From the NCBI GenBank assembly GCA_028285585.1, contig JANQOU010000006.1:593881-657880 (forward strand): a DNA stretch of 64,000 bases, given 5' to 3'. This document shows, in pieces, positions 18,766-28,346 of the stretch (the first letter of the stretch is position 1; each line of letters begins with the position of its first letter). Origin of the DNA: Acidimicrobiia bacterium. GTDB taxonomy: Bacteria > Actinomycetota > Acidimicrobiia > Spongiisociales > ZC4RG35. The notes beneath the pieces were generated by a model, which saw nothing but the letters and a program-made list of their open reading frames with translations, was not told the DNA's origin and searched no databases. The position numbers and the translations under genes were made by a program.

Positions 18766-19971
18766 TCAGTGAGGCTCGGGATACGCCTCGTCCGGGTTTT
18801 CCATGCCCATCCACTGGATGATCGCTGAGGTCCAAACGGCGCTCATGAGCAGCACCAAAAGGGCTACCAGCACTATCGGGGCCGGCCTGAGGAGAGCAAT
18901 GACCAGTGAGCCTGCGGCAGCAACGATGGCCACTCGTGCCACGGGCCGGTAAAGCATCGGGAGCCTGTCCCAGTCGCGGAGGGTCCGAAGCACCAGGACC
19001 AACGACACCAGCATCAATGCCACCGATCCTGCGATCAGCCATGCAGTCGCTGCCGGCGCACGGCTGTCGTCGGCGTGTTCGACCAGGCTGACCATCCCTG
19101 CTCCCGCAGCAGCGATCGCCATGGACAGCGGCAGGTGGCTCAAGATCCACTGGGTTTGTGGAGTGGCATGTTGATCCGGCAGCCGCCTCCCGGCGAAGTC
19201 GAAGTAGGTCCACCAGAACGAGAACCCGATCATCAGCCCGACCAGCCCGGTTGCGATGGCGAGCGGGCTCGCGGCTTCGGACATGCCCTCGACCACCCCG
19301 ACGACTACTTCGCCGAGGACGATGATGGTGAACAGCCCGAATCGCTCCACCATGGAGTCGGTCGCGGTCATGCCCAGCTCTTGGGCGAACTCTGCGTTCC
19401 GGGTCAGCAGAAGCGAGAAGCCCACCCATGAGACCACAAACAGTCCCCAGATAATGAGTCTGGCCTCATCACCGACAAAGGCGCTGACCACGATCAGCAA
19501 CACTGACAGGCTCATAATGGTCAGGTACCGGCCGGTCAGTGCCCTGTACTCCTCCGAGTCCTGCCGTCGGACGGTGTACCAGAAGACAGTCAGCAGGCCG
19601 AGGAAGATGGCATACACGACCGCAAACTCACGGCCGGTTGTTGTGGCTGCGTCACCTGTGAAGACCGCCAGCAACCCCAGAAGAAGCATCTGGGCGAACA
19701 CGAACGTCCTGGTCCGGCCGTCCTCTCGCCCATGCACGTCGTAGTAGAGCGTGCCCTGAAGCCACCCCGCCCAGATCAACCCGAAGATCACAGCGAACTC
19801 GTAGACACCTCTCCAACTGACGTGCCCGGCGAGATGGTGAGCGGCCCGGGCTATCACCACCACGTAGACCAGGTCGTAGAAGAGCTCCAAGAAGCTGACG
19901 GTTCGGTTCTCGATCACCTCGCCATGGGCGCGGGGCGGTTGCCAGAAGCGTCTCTTGAATGCGGCAAACAT
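18766..19971 (-). CDS. low-temperature-requirement A (LtrA) family membrane protein
   Basis: 401 aa multi-TM protein with N-terminal FLELFYDLVYVVVI motif typical of LtrA/DUF1211. Confidence 0.7.
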   Translation of the reverse strand: MFAAFKRRFWQPPRAHGEVIENRTVSFLELFYDLVYVVVIARAAHHLAGHVSWRGVYEFAVIFGLIWAGWLQGTLYYDVHGREDGRTRTFVFAQMLLLGLLAVFTGDAATTTGREFAVVYAIFLGLLTVFWYTVRRQDSEEYRALTGRYLTIMSLSVLLIVVSAFVGDEARLIIWGLFVVSWVGFSLLLTRNAEFAQELGMTATDSMVERFGLFTIIVLGEVVVGVVEGMSEAASPLAIATGLVGLMIGFSFWWTYFDFAGRRLPDQHATPQTQWILSHLPLSMAIAAAGAGMVSLVEHADDSRAPAATAWLIAGSVALMLVSLVLVLRTLRDWDRLPMLYRPVARVAIVAAAGSLVIALLRPAPIVLVALLVLLMSAVWTSAIIQWMGMENPDEAYPEPH

Positions 19972-20506
19972 CAGTTTCGAACACTCGTCTCGTAGACGAG
20001 CCTGACTGCGTCGCCCTGATAGTGCTCTGTCGTGACCAGCCGCATCGGCCCATCGTAAGGGTCGGTGAACAGAGGGACGCCGCTGCCCAACACTTCAGGC
20101 ATCACCATCAGGTCGAGGATGTCGATGGCGCCACCCGCCAATCCTTCTGAAATGACGAGGCCTCCGCCCATGACCCAGAGACGCTTCGGTGTCTCGGTCG
20201 AAAAGGAGCGGATGGCCTCGGGTGTCGGCATCGCCGCAAATCGAACATCGGCGCCGTTGGGTATCGGGAGGTCGTCCTGGCTGGTCAGCACCAAGGTGGG
20301 GAGGTCGCCCCAGACCCATCCGAAGCCCACGGCCTGGACGTAAGTCGCGCTGCCCATGACAAGCCCTCCGATGGTTTCCGAGAAGGCGTCGAAGTCGTAG
20401 TCGGCCACAGAGTGCTTCTCGAGGAAGCCGACTCCGCCATCGTCTTCGGCGATGTAGAGATCGAGGCTGACGGCTACCTGGGCGACTACTTCGTTGTCGG
20501 GCATCA
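19971..20506 (-). CDS. dihydrofolate reductase family protein (RibD C-terminal domain type)
   Basis: Start moved to MPDNEVVAQVAVSLDLYIAEDDGG (bacterial bifunctional deaminase-reductase C-terminal domain signature); upstream part of the ORF is low-complexity. Confidence 0.6.
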
Positions 20507-20532
20507 GCCGACGGTAGACCGGATGGCGTTTG

Positions 20533-21123
20533 CTACGACAGACGCCATGACTCGACTGCTCGAACCGCGGCGTCTGAGAGTTGGGTGATCTGTTCCTGGC
20601 TCGCCCCTCCTCGGATCGACACGAAGAGGCCGAGCAGCAGGAGGTAGCAGTGATTCGCCCGCTCTTCGATGTCTCCGTCGATCTCGCCGACCGCCGCGGC
20701 GTTCGTAAGTGCAGTTTCGAAAGCACCTTGGATCCGGGATCGATAGCGATCGGCTCGCTCGATGACTCCGGGGTCGGTCTCGCCCAACTCGACCGTGGCG
20801 TTGACCAGCAAGCACCCACGGGTGGCCATTTCGGGCATTCGCTCCCTGACGGTGACGAAGTCTTTGAACCATTGAATGATCGAATCGAGGCCCCCTGACT
20901 CGACCAGCGCCGCTCGCATCTCGATTTGGCCGTCCAGATACCAATCGATCGATCGATGCAGCATCTCGTTCTTTGGTCCGAAGGCGGCGTACAGGCTCGC
21001 TCTGGCCAACCCCGTTGCCTGCTCGAGGTCGGCTATTCCGGTGGCCTCGTAGCCGTCGGCCCAAAACCGGGCTGCGATCTGGGCGACCGCTTCGTCGGTG
21101 TCGAATTCTCTGGGCCTGGCCAT
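20533..21123 (-). CDS. TetR/AcrR family transcriptional regulator
   Basis: N-terminal HTH (TGIADLEQATGLARASLYAAF) then an all-helical ligand domain. Confidence 0.75.
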   Translation of the reverse strand: MARPREFDTDEAVAQIAARFWADGYEATGIADLEQATGLARASLYAAFGPKNEMLHRSIDWYLDGQIEMRAALVESGGLDSIIQWFKDFVTVRERMPEMATRGCLLVNATVELGETDPGVIERADRYRSRIQGAFETALTNAAAVGEIDGDIEERANHCYLLLLGLFVSIRGGASQEQITQLSDAAVRAVESWRLS

Positions 21124-21137
21124 TCTGTCTTGAGTTC

Positions 21138-21181
21138 TTGACTGATCGGTAACTTATTGGCTATATTATGGACCGTACGGT
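21138..21181 (+). promoter_or_regulatory. sigma70-like promoter TTGACT-N18-TATATT followed by a perfect 10-bp palindrome ACCGTACGGT (candidate TetR operator) in the TetR/SRPBCC divergent region
   Basis: hexamers and palindrome read directly from sequence. Confidence 0.35.
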
Positions 21182-21197
21182 AAAGAATGGAGCGAGA

Positions 21198-21656
21198 ATG
21201 TCAATACATGTCGAGGTCAAGACCGAGGTGAACGCACCCGCGAGCACGGTCTGGGAGGTACTGGACGACTTCGGGAACATCGCCAATTACACCGATCAGG
21301 TGAAGACCAGCGATCTTCAAGGTGCCGCCTTGACCGGAGTCGGGGCCACTCGGGTGTGTGAGCTTGCGCCCTTCGGCGCCACCAACGAGACAATTCGCGA
21401 ATACGTCCCGGGTGAGAAGATGGTGATCGAGCTCTACGACCTGAGCGGCATGCCGATCAACGGCACGATGTCGACTTTTGCGGTCAAGCCGTTGGGTGAC
21501 GACAGGTCTGAGTTGTCGTTCAGCTCGGAGGTAGAGCCAAAAGGCTGGATCGCCAAGGGATTCGTAGGAAGACGTCTCCAGTCGAGGCTCCCGGTCGGTG
21601 CGCAATCGATGCTTGAAGACCTGGCGCATGCCGCCGAAGCCAAGGTGCCCGCCTAG
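21198..21656 (+). CDS. SRPBCC (START/polyketide cyclase-like) family protein
   Basis: about 150 aa; VWEVLDDFGNIANYTDQV pattern typical of the Bet v1-like fold; start at MSIHVEVK. Confidence 0.6.
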   Translation: MSIHVEVKTEVNAPASTVWEVLDDFGNIANYTDQVKTSDLQGAALTGVGATRVCELAPFGATNETIREYVPGEKMVIELYDLSGMPINGTMSTFAVKPLGDDRSELSFSSEVEPKGWIAKGFVGRRLQSRLPVGAQSMLEDLAHAAEAKVPA

Positions 21657-21674
21657 GAGGGGTTTCCTCCCTAT

Positions 21675-21698
21675 ATGAGACTTGACATATAGGATCTG
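21675..21698. promoter_or_regulatory. inverted repeat CCTATATG-N8-CATATAGG just upstream of the PadR gene; candidate PadR autoregulatory operator
   Basis: 8-bp perfect arms read from sequence; PadR operators are typically AT-rich inverted repeats. Confidence 0.4.
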
Positions 21699-21718
21699 TC
21701 CTATACAGTCAGGTCGCG

Positions 21719-22273
21719 ATGAGCCTGAAGCACGCCATTCTCGGCTTTCTGGCCGTGTCGCCGATGAGCGGCTACGACCTTCGAAAGCGCATGAGCGAGT
21801 CTGTGGCCCACTTCTGGCCGGCCGACCAGGCACAGATATACCGAACACTCAGTCAGCTGACGGAAGAGAAGCTGATCGAGGTCGAGGTCATCGAGCAGGA
21901 CAGCCGGCCCAACCGGCGGCTTCATCGGATTCTCCAGACCGGAGAGACGGAGCTCGATCGGTGGCTTGCTGAACCGCTGGCGTATCAGCCAGATCGGGAG
22001 CCCTTCCTGCTCAGGCTGTTCTTCGTCGGCCGCATCGGATTGGATCAGTCGATGAGGCTTCTCAAAGAGAGGGCTGCCGAGGCAGCCGAACTGGCGGAAG
22101 TCCTCGGCGCTATTCGAGGTCAGATCGAGGCAGAAGTGCCCATGGAGCATCTCGGCCTCGAGCAGACCCTTCGACTAGCCACCTTGGCCAACGGCATCAA
22201 GCACGCCGAAGCGGAGATCGAGTGGATCGATGACCTGCGACAACAACTGAAGGAGCGAAAATGGCCGACGTAG
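21719..22273 (+). CDS. PadR family transcriptional regulator
   Basis: N-terminal winged-HTH LKHAILGFLAVSPMSGYDLRKRM ... QIYRTLSQL typical of PadR. Confidence 0.8.
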   Translation: MSLKHAILGFLAVSPMSGYDLRKRMSESVAHFWPADQAQIYRTLSQLTEEKLIEVEVIEQDSRPNRRLHRILQTGETELDRWLAEPLAYQPDREPFLLRLFFVGRIGLDQSMRLLKERAAEAAELAEVLGAIRGQIEAEVPMEHLGLEQTLRLATLANGIKHAEAEIEWIDDLRQQLKERKWPT

Positions 22274-23121
22274 CGACTAAGCGGGATACGGCGGGCGGAA
22301 CTCCAGCCACCCGTCCGGCGCGATGGCGCAATATCTGGGTATTCGTCGCCGGCGTGATGCTTCTGGCAGCCCTCGGCGGTTGGGGAGTTGCTGCAACCAC
22401 CGGGGAGCCAAGCCAGCCATCGGCCGAGGAAAGCCCGTTCGGCCTGCTGTTCATCATCAGCCCGATCCTGGTGGCTTCGTTGCTCCGCTGGTTTGGCGGT
22501 GACGGTTGGCGAGACGTCGGCCTTCGCTTCCGGGGTGACGGGAACTGGTATCTGCTCTCCGTCCTGCTGTTCCCGCTGCTCTCGATCCTGGCGCTGGGTG
22601 TTGGGTCGGTGGCCGGCTCGGTCAGTTTCTCGGGCGATGCGGCGGAGCTGATCCTGTCCGGTGTCGCAGCAGCCCTGGTCGTGCGGATGGTCTTCGCCGC
22701 CTTTGAGGAGTTGGGGTGGAGGGGATACCTGGAGCCGCGACTGGAAGCTCTGGGGATGCCGGCAGCGCGGCGTCATCTCCTGGTTGGTGTGGTGTGGAGT
22801 GTGTGGCACGTCCCTTACGTCCTCGCTTTCGACACGCTGAGCAGCCTCTCCACCGGTGTCTACCTCCCGCTCTTCCTGCTCTCGGTGTTCCCGATGGCTG
22901 TGATCTATGGCGTGGTCCGATCCCAGACCGGGTCGGTCTGGCCCGCAGTCATCATGCACGGTGTCGCCAACGCGGTTGCGTTCCCACTCCTCACCTCAGG
23001 AGCGGTCGACGTGGAGAACGAGTTGCTGTTCGCGGCCCGGCCAGAGGGGTTGGTCATTCTGGCGGCGATTTGTGTCGTGGCCGCAGTGCTGTGGAGGCGC
23101 TACATCACACCGTTGCGTTGA
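22261..23121 (+). CDS. CPBP (CAAX protease / bacteriocin-processing) family intramembrane metalloprotease
   Basis: Multi-TM; motif 1 EELGWRGY, motif FxxxH (VWSVWH), motif HGVANA; overlaps PadR gene by 13 nt (co-operonic). Confidence 0.75.
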   Translation: MADVATKRDTAGGTPATRPARWRNIWVFVAGVMLLAALGGWGVAATTGEPSQPSAEESPFGLLFIISPILVASLLRWFGGDGWRDVGLRFRGDGNWYLLSVLLFPLLSILALGVGSVAGSVSFSGDAAELILSGVAAALVVRMVFAAFEELGWRGYLEPRLEALGMPAARRHLLVGVVWSVWHVPYVLAFDTLSSLSTGVYLPLFLLSVFPMAVIYGVVRSQTGSVWPAVIMHGVANAVAFPLLTSGAVDVENELLFAARPEGLVILAAICVVAAVLWRRYITPLR

Positions 23122-23138
23122 AATCGGACCCGCTGCGT

Positions 23139-23933
23139 TCAACGGGGCACCAGGGCCAACTGACGTGATTGGGCGACGAGCTTCCCATCCTCGTCCCAGA
23201 TCTCAGAGTCCTCTTCGAGCATCCCGCCGCTCACGAACCGAGTGTTGAACACACATCTCATCCAACTCCTGGGTCTCGGGTCCCGGACATGAACCGTGAG
23301 ATCGAGAGTTGGCGTCCACTGCAAAGGGAGGTTGGCGTTGAAGACCGCGGGTGGGAAAGCGTCGGCTGCCACCACGGTGGCCAGGGCGTCGGGCTGCTCG
23401 TCCTCCAACAGCCTGAACCAGCCTCTCATCTGAGCCACCCCGGTGCCACCGTCAAACGCCGTAACGTCGTCCGGGTGCAAGGCCACCGCCACCTTGCCCA
23501 TGAAGGGAGGCGGCAGAGGGGCGTCCGGGTTGGGCACCGCTCGAACACATTGGTCGATGGGTGGCAGCTCAGGGGGTGCGCCTTGAACCCACTCCACCGG
23601 ATTGATCTCGCGATCCGCATCGGCAAAGGAGCCAGTCGCCGCCAAGAGGATCTTGTCGTCCTTGATCACTTCGGCCCGCAGGGTGCTGATCGCACGACCC
23701 ACCTTCACCTCGGTCAGCTCAATTGTGATCGGGCCGGGCGATCCCGGGTTGGTGAAGTGGCCGGAGATCGAAACCAGGTCGCGGCCGGCGGTCGCTTCCG
23801 CCATGGCTCGGGCGGCGATTGCCATCACGTAGCCGCCGTTGGAGACACCGAAGATGTCCCAGCCGGACTGGATCTCGCCGGCATAGGTGCTGTCGGAAAG
23901 TCGTGCGACGCTGGTTGCCTCGGCGAAGCTCAA
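23139..23933 (-). CDS. acyl-CoA thioesterase (TesB-like, double hotdog)
   Basis: 264 aa with two hotdog halves; GGYVMAIAARA pattern. Confidence 0.65.
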   Translation of the reverse strand: MSFAEATSVARLSDSTYAGEIQSGWDIFGVSNGGYVMAIAARAMAEATAGRDLVSISGHFTNPGSPGPITIELTEVKVGRAISTLRAEVIKDDKILLAATGSFADADREINPVEWVQGAPPELPPIDQCVRAVPNPDAPLPPPFMGKVAVALHPDDVTAFDGGTGVAQMRGWFRLLEDEQPDALATVVAADAFPPAVFNANLPLQWTPTLDLTVHVRDPRPRSWMRCVFNTRFVSGGMLEEDSEIWDEDGKLVAQSRQLALVPR

Positions 23934-24904
23934 CCCAGGCTGACCCCAGGTTGTGTCGTGATCGATCCGATCACTGCCGGCTTGTGGTTTTGAACCACCC
24001 TGGTGATGTCATCGGCCGCTCCCGGATCGACCACAAGGCAGAACCCGATGCCCATGTTGAACGTCGACCACATCTCGTCGGCCGGCACTCCTTGTGTCTC
24101 GATCAGAGAGAAGACCTCGGGGCGATCCCATGCCGTCGTGTCGACTTGCGCTCCCAGGCCTTCCGGCAGCGCCCGTTGCAGGTTCTCGGCGAGCCCTCCT
24201 CCGGTGATGTGCGCGGCGCTCTTGACCCCGCGAGTGAAGATTGCTTTGGCTACATCCGGCGCATAGATCACGGACGGCTCGAGCAGAGTCTCGGCGTGGT
24301 CGTCGACCTGGTCACCAAACACCGCCCTGATCAGCGAGAACCCGTTGGATCGGACGTTCGGGGAGTGCAGTCCCAGCACGAGATCGCCAGGCCTCACCTG
24401 TCCTGGGTCCAGGTGCGACCCATGTTCGAGCACCCCCATGGCTGCCCCGGCCAGGTCCACAGCATCGGCGTCCATCACCCCGGGGTGCTCGGCAGTCTCG
24501 CCCCCGAGCAGAGGGCATCCGGCGAGAGTGCACCCGGCGGCGATCGAGGCGACGATCCCGCTGTCCCGCTCAGGGTCGAGGGCACCCACCGCCATGTAGT
24601 CGACAAAACCCAGTGGCTCGGCCCCCGCTGCTGCCAGGTCGTCGACGCACATAGCGACCAAATCGTGGCCGACGCCTGACCAGATCCCAGATCTTCTCGC
24701 AAGCTCCAGCTTGGTGCCGACACCGTCGGTCGACATCATCAGAACGGGTCTCTCGTATCGATCCGGGATCTCGACCCCGGCTGCGAATCCGCCGAACGCG
24801 CCGACCACCTGGTTGCTCCAGGTGGAGGTGACAGTCGAGGCGATGCTCTCCACATGTCGGGTGGCACCGGCCAGGTCGACCCCGGCTTGCTCGTAGGTGG
24901 TCAT
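23930..24904 (-). CDS. purM: phosphoribosylformylglycinamidine cyclo-ligase (AIR synthetase)
   Basis: TYEQAGVD N-terminus, DGVGTKL motif; ATGA overlaps on both sides. Confidence 0.9.
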   Translation of the reverse strand: MTTYEQAGVDLAGATRHVESIASTVTSTWSNQVVGAFGGFAAGVEIPDRYERPVLMMSTDGVGTKLELARRSGIWSGVGHDLVAMCVDDLAAAGAEPLGFVDYMAVGALDPERDSGIVASIAAGCTLAGCPLLGGETAEHPGVMDADAVDLAGAAMGVLEHGSHLDPGQVRPGDLVLGLHSPNVRSNGFSLIRAVFGDQVDDHAETLLEPSVIYAPDVAKAIFTRGVKSAAHITGGGLAENLQRALPEGLGAQVDTTAWDRPEVFSLIETQGVPADEMWSTFNMGIGFCLVVDPGAADDITRVVQNHKPAVIGSITTQPGVSLG

Positions 24905-26415
24905 GACCGCTCGAGCTGGAATTTGTCTGCGCTCTCAGGCACCTCGGTTGGATAGTCGCCAGAGAGACATGCGGTGCAGAACCCGGCATCCGACACACCC
25001 GTAGCCGAGAGCAGCCCATCGAGAGACAGATAGCCGAGGGAGTCGGCGCCAATGTGGTCGCGTATCTCGTCGACACCCATTTGCGCAGCGATCAGGGTGG
25101 ATCTGTCCGAAGTGTCCATCCCGTAGAAGCAAGGCCATTGGTAAGGCGGGGACGAGACCCGCACATGCACCTCTGCCGCTCCGGCATCGCGCACCATCGT
25201 GACGAGCTGTCTCGTGGTTGAGCCGCGGACTATCGAATCGTCGACCAACACCACTCGTTTCCCGGTGAGTGTTTCGGGAATCGGGTTCAACTTGAGCTGA
25301 ATCCCCTGGTCTCGGAGCATCTGCGTCGGTTCGATGAAAGTGCGGCCTACGTAGCGGTTCTTGACCAGGCCGTCGGCGTAAGGGATCCCACTGGCGGCGG
25401 CGAATCCTTGGGCTGCCGGGATGCCCGACTCGGGGACCGGGACTATCACATCGGCTGGCGCAGGGTGCTCCTCTGACAGGATCCGGCCCATCTCGGTGCG
25501 AGCCGCGTGGATGCTCCTGCCGTACATCTGTGAGTCGGGGCGGGCGAAGTAGACGAACTCGAACACGCACAGTCCCGGGTCGACTCGCTCGAAGGGGTAG
25601 TAGCTGTTGATCCCGTTGGCGTCGATGACGATCATCTCTCCTGCCGCCACCTCGCGGACGAACTTGGCACCAACCAGGTCGAGAGCAGCGGTCTCGGAGC
25701 TGAGCACCCAGCCCCCGTCGCTCAACGAGCCCAAGCACAGCGGGCGGAACCCGTTGGGGTCGCGAAGGCCGACGATGCGGCCCTGATCCATGATGACCAG
25801 GGAGAAGGCGCCCTTCCAGGTCGGAGCGACTTCCATCACTGCCATCTCCAGGCCGCGGGCGTCGGAGCGCTCGTCGTTGACCGCTCTGGCGATGCCCTCC
25901 GCCATCAGGTCGGAGTCGGTGGTGGCTCCTGATACACCCAGCGCCTCAGCCAGCTCGGCGGTGTTGGTCAGGTTTCCGTTGTGGCCGAGGGCGACGCTGG
26001 TGTTGCCCACCTGGCGATGGGCAGGCTGGGCGTTGTCCCAGTTGTTCGAGCCCATCGTCGAGTAGCGGGCGTGGCCGATGCCGAGGTGGCCGTCGAGGCC
26101 GGCGAGCGCGGGCTCGTCGAACACCTGAGCGACGAGACCGAGGTCTTTGAACACAGTGACCGTCTCGCCGTCGGATGTCGCGATGCCGGCGGACTCCTGC
26201 CCTCGATGCTGCAGGGCGAAGAGGCCGAAGTAGATGAGGTGGGAGATGCGCTGCGTTGCCGAGTAGACGGCGAACACCCCACATGCCTCGCGTGGGCCAG
26301 AGTCGATCGTTGTACAGGCCTCCTGGGGCACGACTCCATCGTAGGAGGCTCCTGTCGAATGTCCGTGTTCACGTCGTCGCTGATTCGAGAAGATTTTGCG
26401 ACGCGACGCCGTCAT
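24901..26415 (-). CDS. purF: amidophosphoribosyltransferase with N-terminal propeptide
   Basis: Propeptide then CGVFAVY (catalytic Cys1), YFGLFALQHRGQESAGIA, PRTase domain, C-terminal Fe-S cysteines; start among Mets upstream of Cys is uncertain. Confidence 0.85.
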   Translation of the reverse strand: MTASRRKIFSNQRRREHGHSTGASYDGVVPQEACTTIDSGPREACGVFAVYSATQRISHLIYFGLFALQHRGQESAGIATSDGETVTVFKDLGLVAQVFDEPALAGLDGHLGIGHARYSTMGSNNWDNAQPAHRQVGNTSVALGHNGNLTNTAELAEALGVSGATTDSDLMAEGIARAVNDERSDARGLEMAVMEVAPTWKGAFSLVIMDQGRIVGLRDPNGFRPLCLGSLSDGGWVLSSETAALDLVGAKFVREVAAGEMIVIDANGINSYYPFERVDPGLCVFEFVYFARPDSQMYGRSIHAARTEMGRILSEEHPAPADVIVPVPESGIPAAQGFAAASGIPYADGLVKNRYVGRTFIEPTQMLRDQGIQLKLNPIPETLTGKRVVLVDDSIVRGSTTRQLVTMVRDAGAAEVHVRVSSPPYQWPCFYGMDTSDRSTLIAAQMGVDEIRDHIGADSLGYLSLDGLLSATGVSDAGFCTACLSGDYPTEVPESADKFQLERS

Positions 26416-26481
26416 GTCCCAGCCGTGCTCGAATCTGTCGCCACTCTGAGGTAAACCGAATAGCACAATCAGCAATCTCAG

Positions 26482-27750
26482 ATGATCGACGCCCATTCCT
26501 CAGAAGCGATTGAAACCTCCTTCCGCGAGTCCTACTCGCTGGTGGTGTCATCGCTGTCCCGGCAGATAAGGGACATCGATCTCGCCGAGGAGGCGATTCA
26601 AGATGCGTACGCCGAGGCTTTGCGCAGCTGGCCCGAGACCGGAGTCCCCGCCAACCCTGGCGGCTGGATCGCCACTGTCGCCAGACGCCGGGCAATCGAC
26701 CGGATAAGACGCCAGCAGGTCTATGCGCGCAAGAAGGAGCTGATCGCCTCACTGGAGAAGGTGGAATTCGACCGTCCGGAGTCTCTTGCCGTCGCAGACG
26801 ACCGCTTGCAGATGGTCTTCGCCTGTTGTCACCCGTCGCTCGACCAGAGCAAGCAGGTCGCTCTCACGTTGAGGACTTTGGGCGGGCTGACCACTCGGGA
26901 GATAGCCGACGCCTATCTGGTCAGTGAGCCGACGATGGCGCAGCGTCTGGTGCGGGCGAAGTCGAAGATCCGGGACGCCGGCATCCCTTTCAGTGTTCCG
27001 GAGCCGGCCGAGCTCGCGGGGAAGCTCGAGGCGGTGCTGGCCGTCGTGTACCTGATCTTCAACGAGGGCTACTTCGCCACTTCGGGCGAGTCGCTGACCA
27101 GAGACGAGCTGACCGAGTCTGCTCTGGACCTGGGCCGGCTTCTCAACGAGCTGTTGCCCGACAACGCGGAGATACTCGGGTTGCTGGCGCTGATGCTCCT
27201 CCAGGATGCGCGCCGCGGGGCGCGTGCCGACAGCTCAGGTGACGTCGTGCTGCTTCAAGATCAGGACCGCTCACTCTGGGACCCCGTCAAGATCGAGGAA
27301 GGTCTGGCGTTGGTGGACAAGGCGGCTGGGCTGGGCTCGGTCGGCCAGTACTACCTACAGGCTTCTATTGCCACCGAGCACTGTCGTGCGGCGAGGTGGG
27401 AGGAGACGGATTGGAGGACGATCGTGGCTCGCTACGACAGGCTGCTTCCGCTCACCCGATCTCCTGTGGTTGCACTGAATCGAGCCGTTGCCGTCGGTCA
27501 GGCTTTTGGCATCGAGACGGGCCTGCACGCATTGCGAGGGCTCGAGACCGAGCTGGACGGCTATCACCCGTTCCATGCGTCGCGCGCAGAGCTTTTGAGA
27601 CGGGCAGGTCGGAACGTTGAGGCGAGGGCCGAGTTCCGTCGTGCTCTCGATCTGGCGTCGAACACCGCAGAGCGGAGGCTCATGGAGAGGCGTCTTGCCG
27701 ACCTGGGAGATTCACCCGAAGCTGTAGCGGTCGATCAGCCCGAGGTGTAG
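26482..27750 (+). CDS. ECF-type sigma-70 factor with about 200-aa C-terminal helical (TPR-like) extension
   Basis: sigma2 region ([10 protein letters not shown]..., [11 protein letters not shown]) and sigma4 HTH ([28 protein letters not shown]) followed by a long extension; no adjacent anti-sigma gene. Confidence 0.7.
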   Translation: MIDAHSSEAIETSFRESYSLVVSSLSRQIRDIDLAEEAIQDAYAEALRSWPETGVPANPGGWIATVARRRAIDRIRRQQVYARKKELIASLEKVEFDRPESLAVADDRLQMVFACCHPSLDQSKQVALTLRTLGGLTTREIADAYLVSEPTMAQRLVRAKSKIRDAGIPFSVPEPAELAGKLEAVLAVVYLIFNEGYFATSGESLTRDELTESALDLGRLLNELLPDNAEILGLLALMLLQDARRGARADSSGDVVLLQDQDRSLWDPVKIEEGLALVDKAAGLGSVGQYYLQASIATEHCRAARWEETDWRTIVARYDRLLPLTRSPVVALNRAVAVGQAFGIETGLHALRGLETELDGYHPFHASRAELLRRAGRNVEARAEFRRALDLASNTAERRLMERRLADLGDSPEAVAVDQPEV

Positions 27751-28310
27751 TGGACTATCCCCTCTGCGAGGGCGTCTTGATCGTCTGCCGAGAACCAGCT
27801 CCGCCCGTCTTCTCCCCAGCCACGCCACTGCTCGGGGCTCACGGCAAGGAACGAGACTCGGTCGAGGAGGCTCTGCATCGAGCCACCGTTGGTCGCCTCT
27901 TCCGTTGCGGCAGCCGCGATGCTCTTGGGGTAGACAGCGCACGTGACCTGTCTCACCCCATGCTCGTCAACAGGCACCACCGGCAGATCTGAGGTCAGGC
28001 CAACAAGCTGTCGCAGCGTGTCGGTGGTCACGAACGGATGGTCAACCGCGACGAGAAGCATCTGATCGCATGTGGTGCGGTTGAGCGCTGTGGCCAGCCC
28101 GGCGAGGGGACCCTCTGCATGGACGCTGTCTGGCCAGCACTCCCACCCGTCGCGGTCGGGCCCGAGGACGATGAGGTGGTCGACCACTGGCTCCACGGCC
28201 CTTGCCACGCTCTCCAGCATTGTTGCGTCGCCCACCAGGACGTCGGCTTTGTCCTGGCCCATGCGGGACGATCGTCCGCCGGCGAGAACGGCACCTAGAA
28301 CCTGGCTCAC
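27735..28310 (-). CDS. mobA: molybdenum cofactor guanylyltransferase (MobA-like NTP transferase)
   Basis: N-terminal [18 protein letters not shown] nucleotide-binding motif. Confidence 0.7.
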   Translation of the reverse strand: MSQVLGAVLAGGRSSRMGQDKADVLVGDATMLESVARAVEPVVDHLIVLGPDRDGWECWPDSVHAEGPLAGLATALNRTTCDQMLLVAVDHPFVTTDTLRQLVGLTSDLPVVPVDEHGVRQVTCAVYPKSIAAAATEEATNGGSMQSLLDRVSFLAVSPEQWRGWGEDGRSWFSADDQDALAEGIVHYTSG

Positions 28311-28346
28311 ATCGACAAGGCTAGGTCGCGATGCCCGAGGGCGGGC

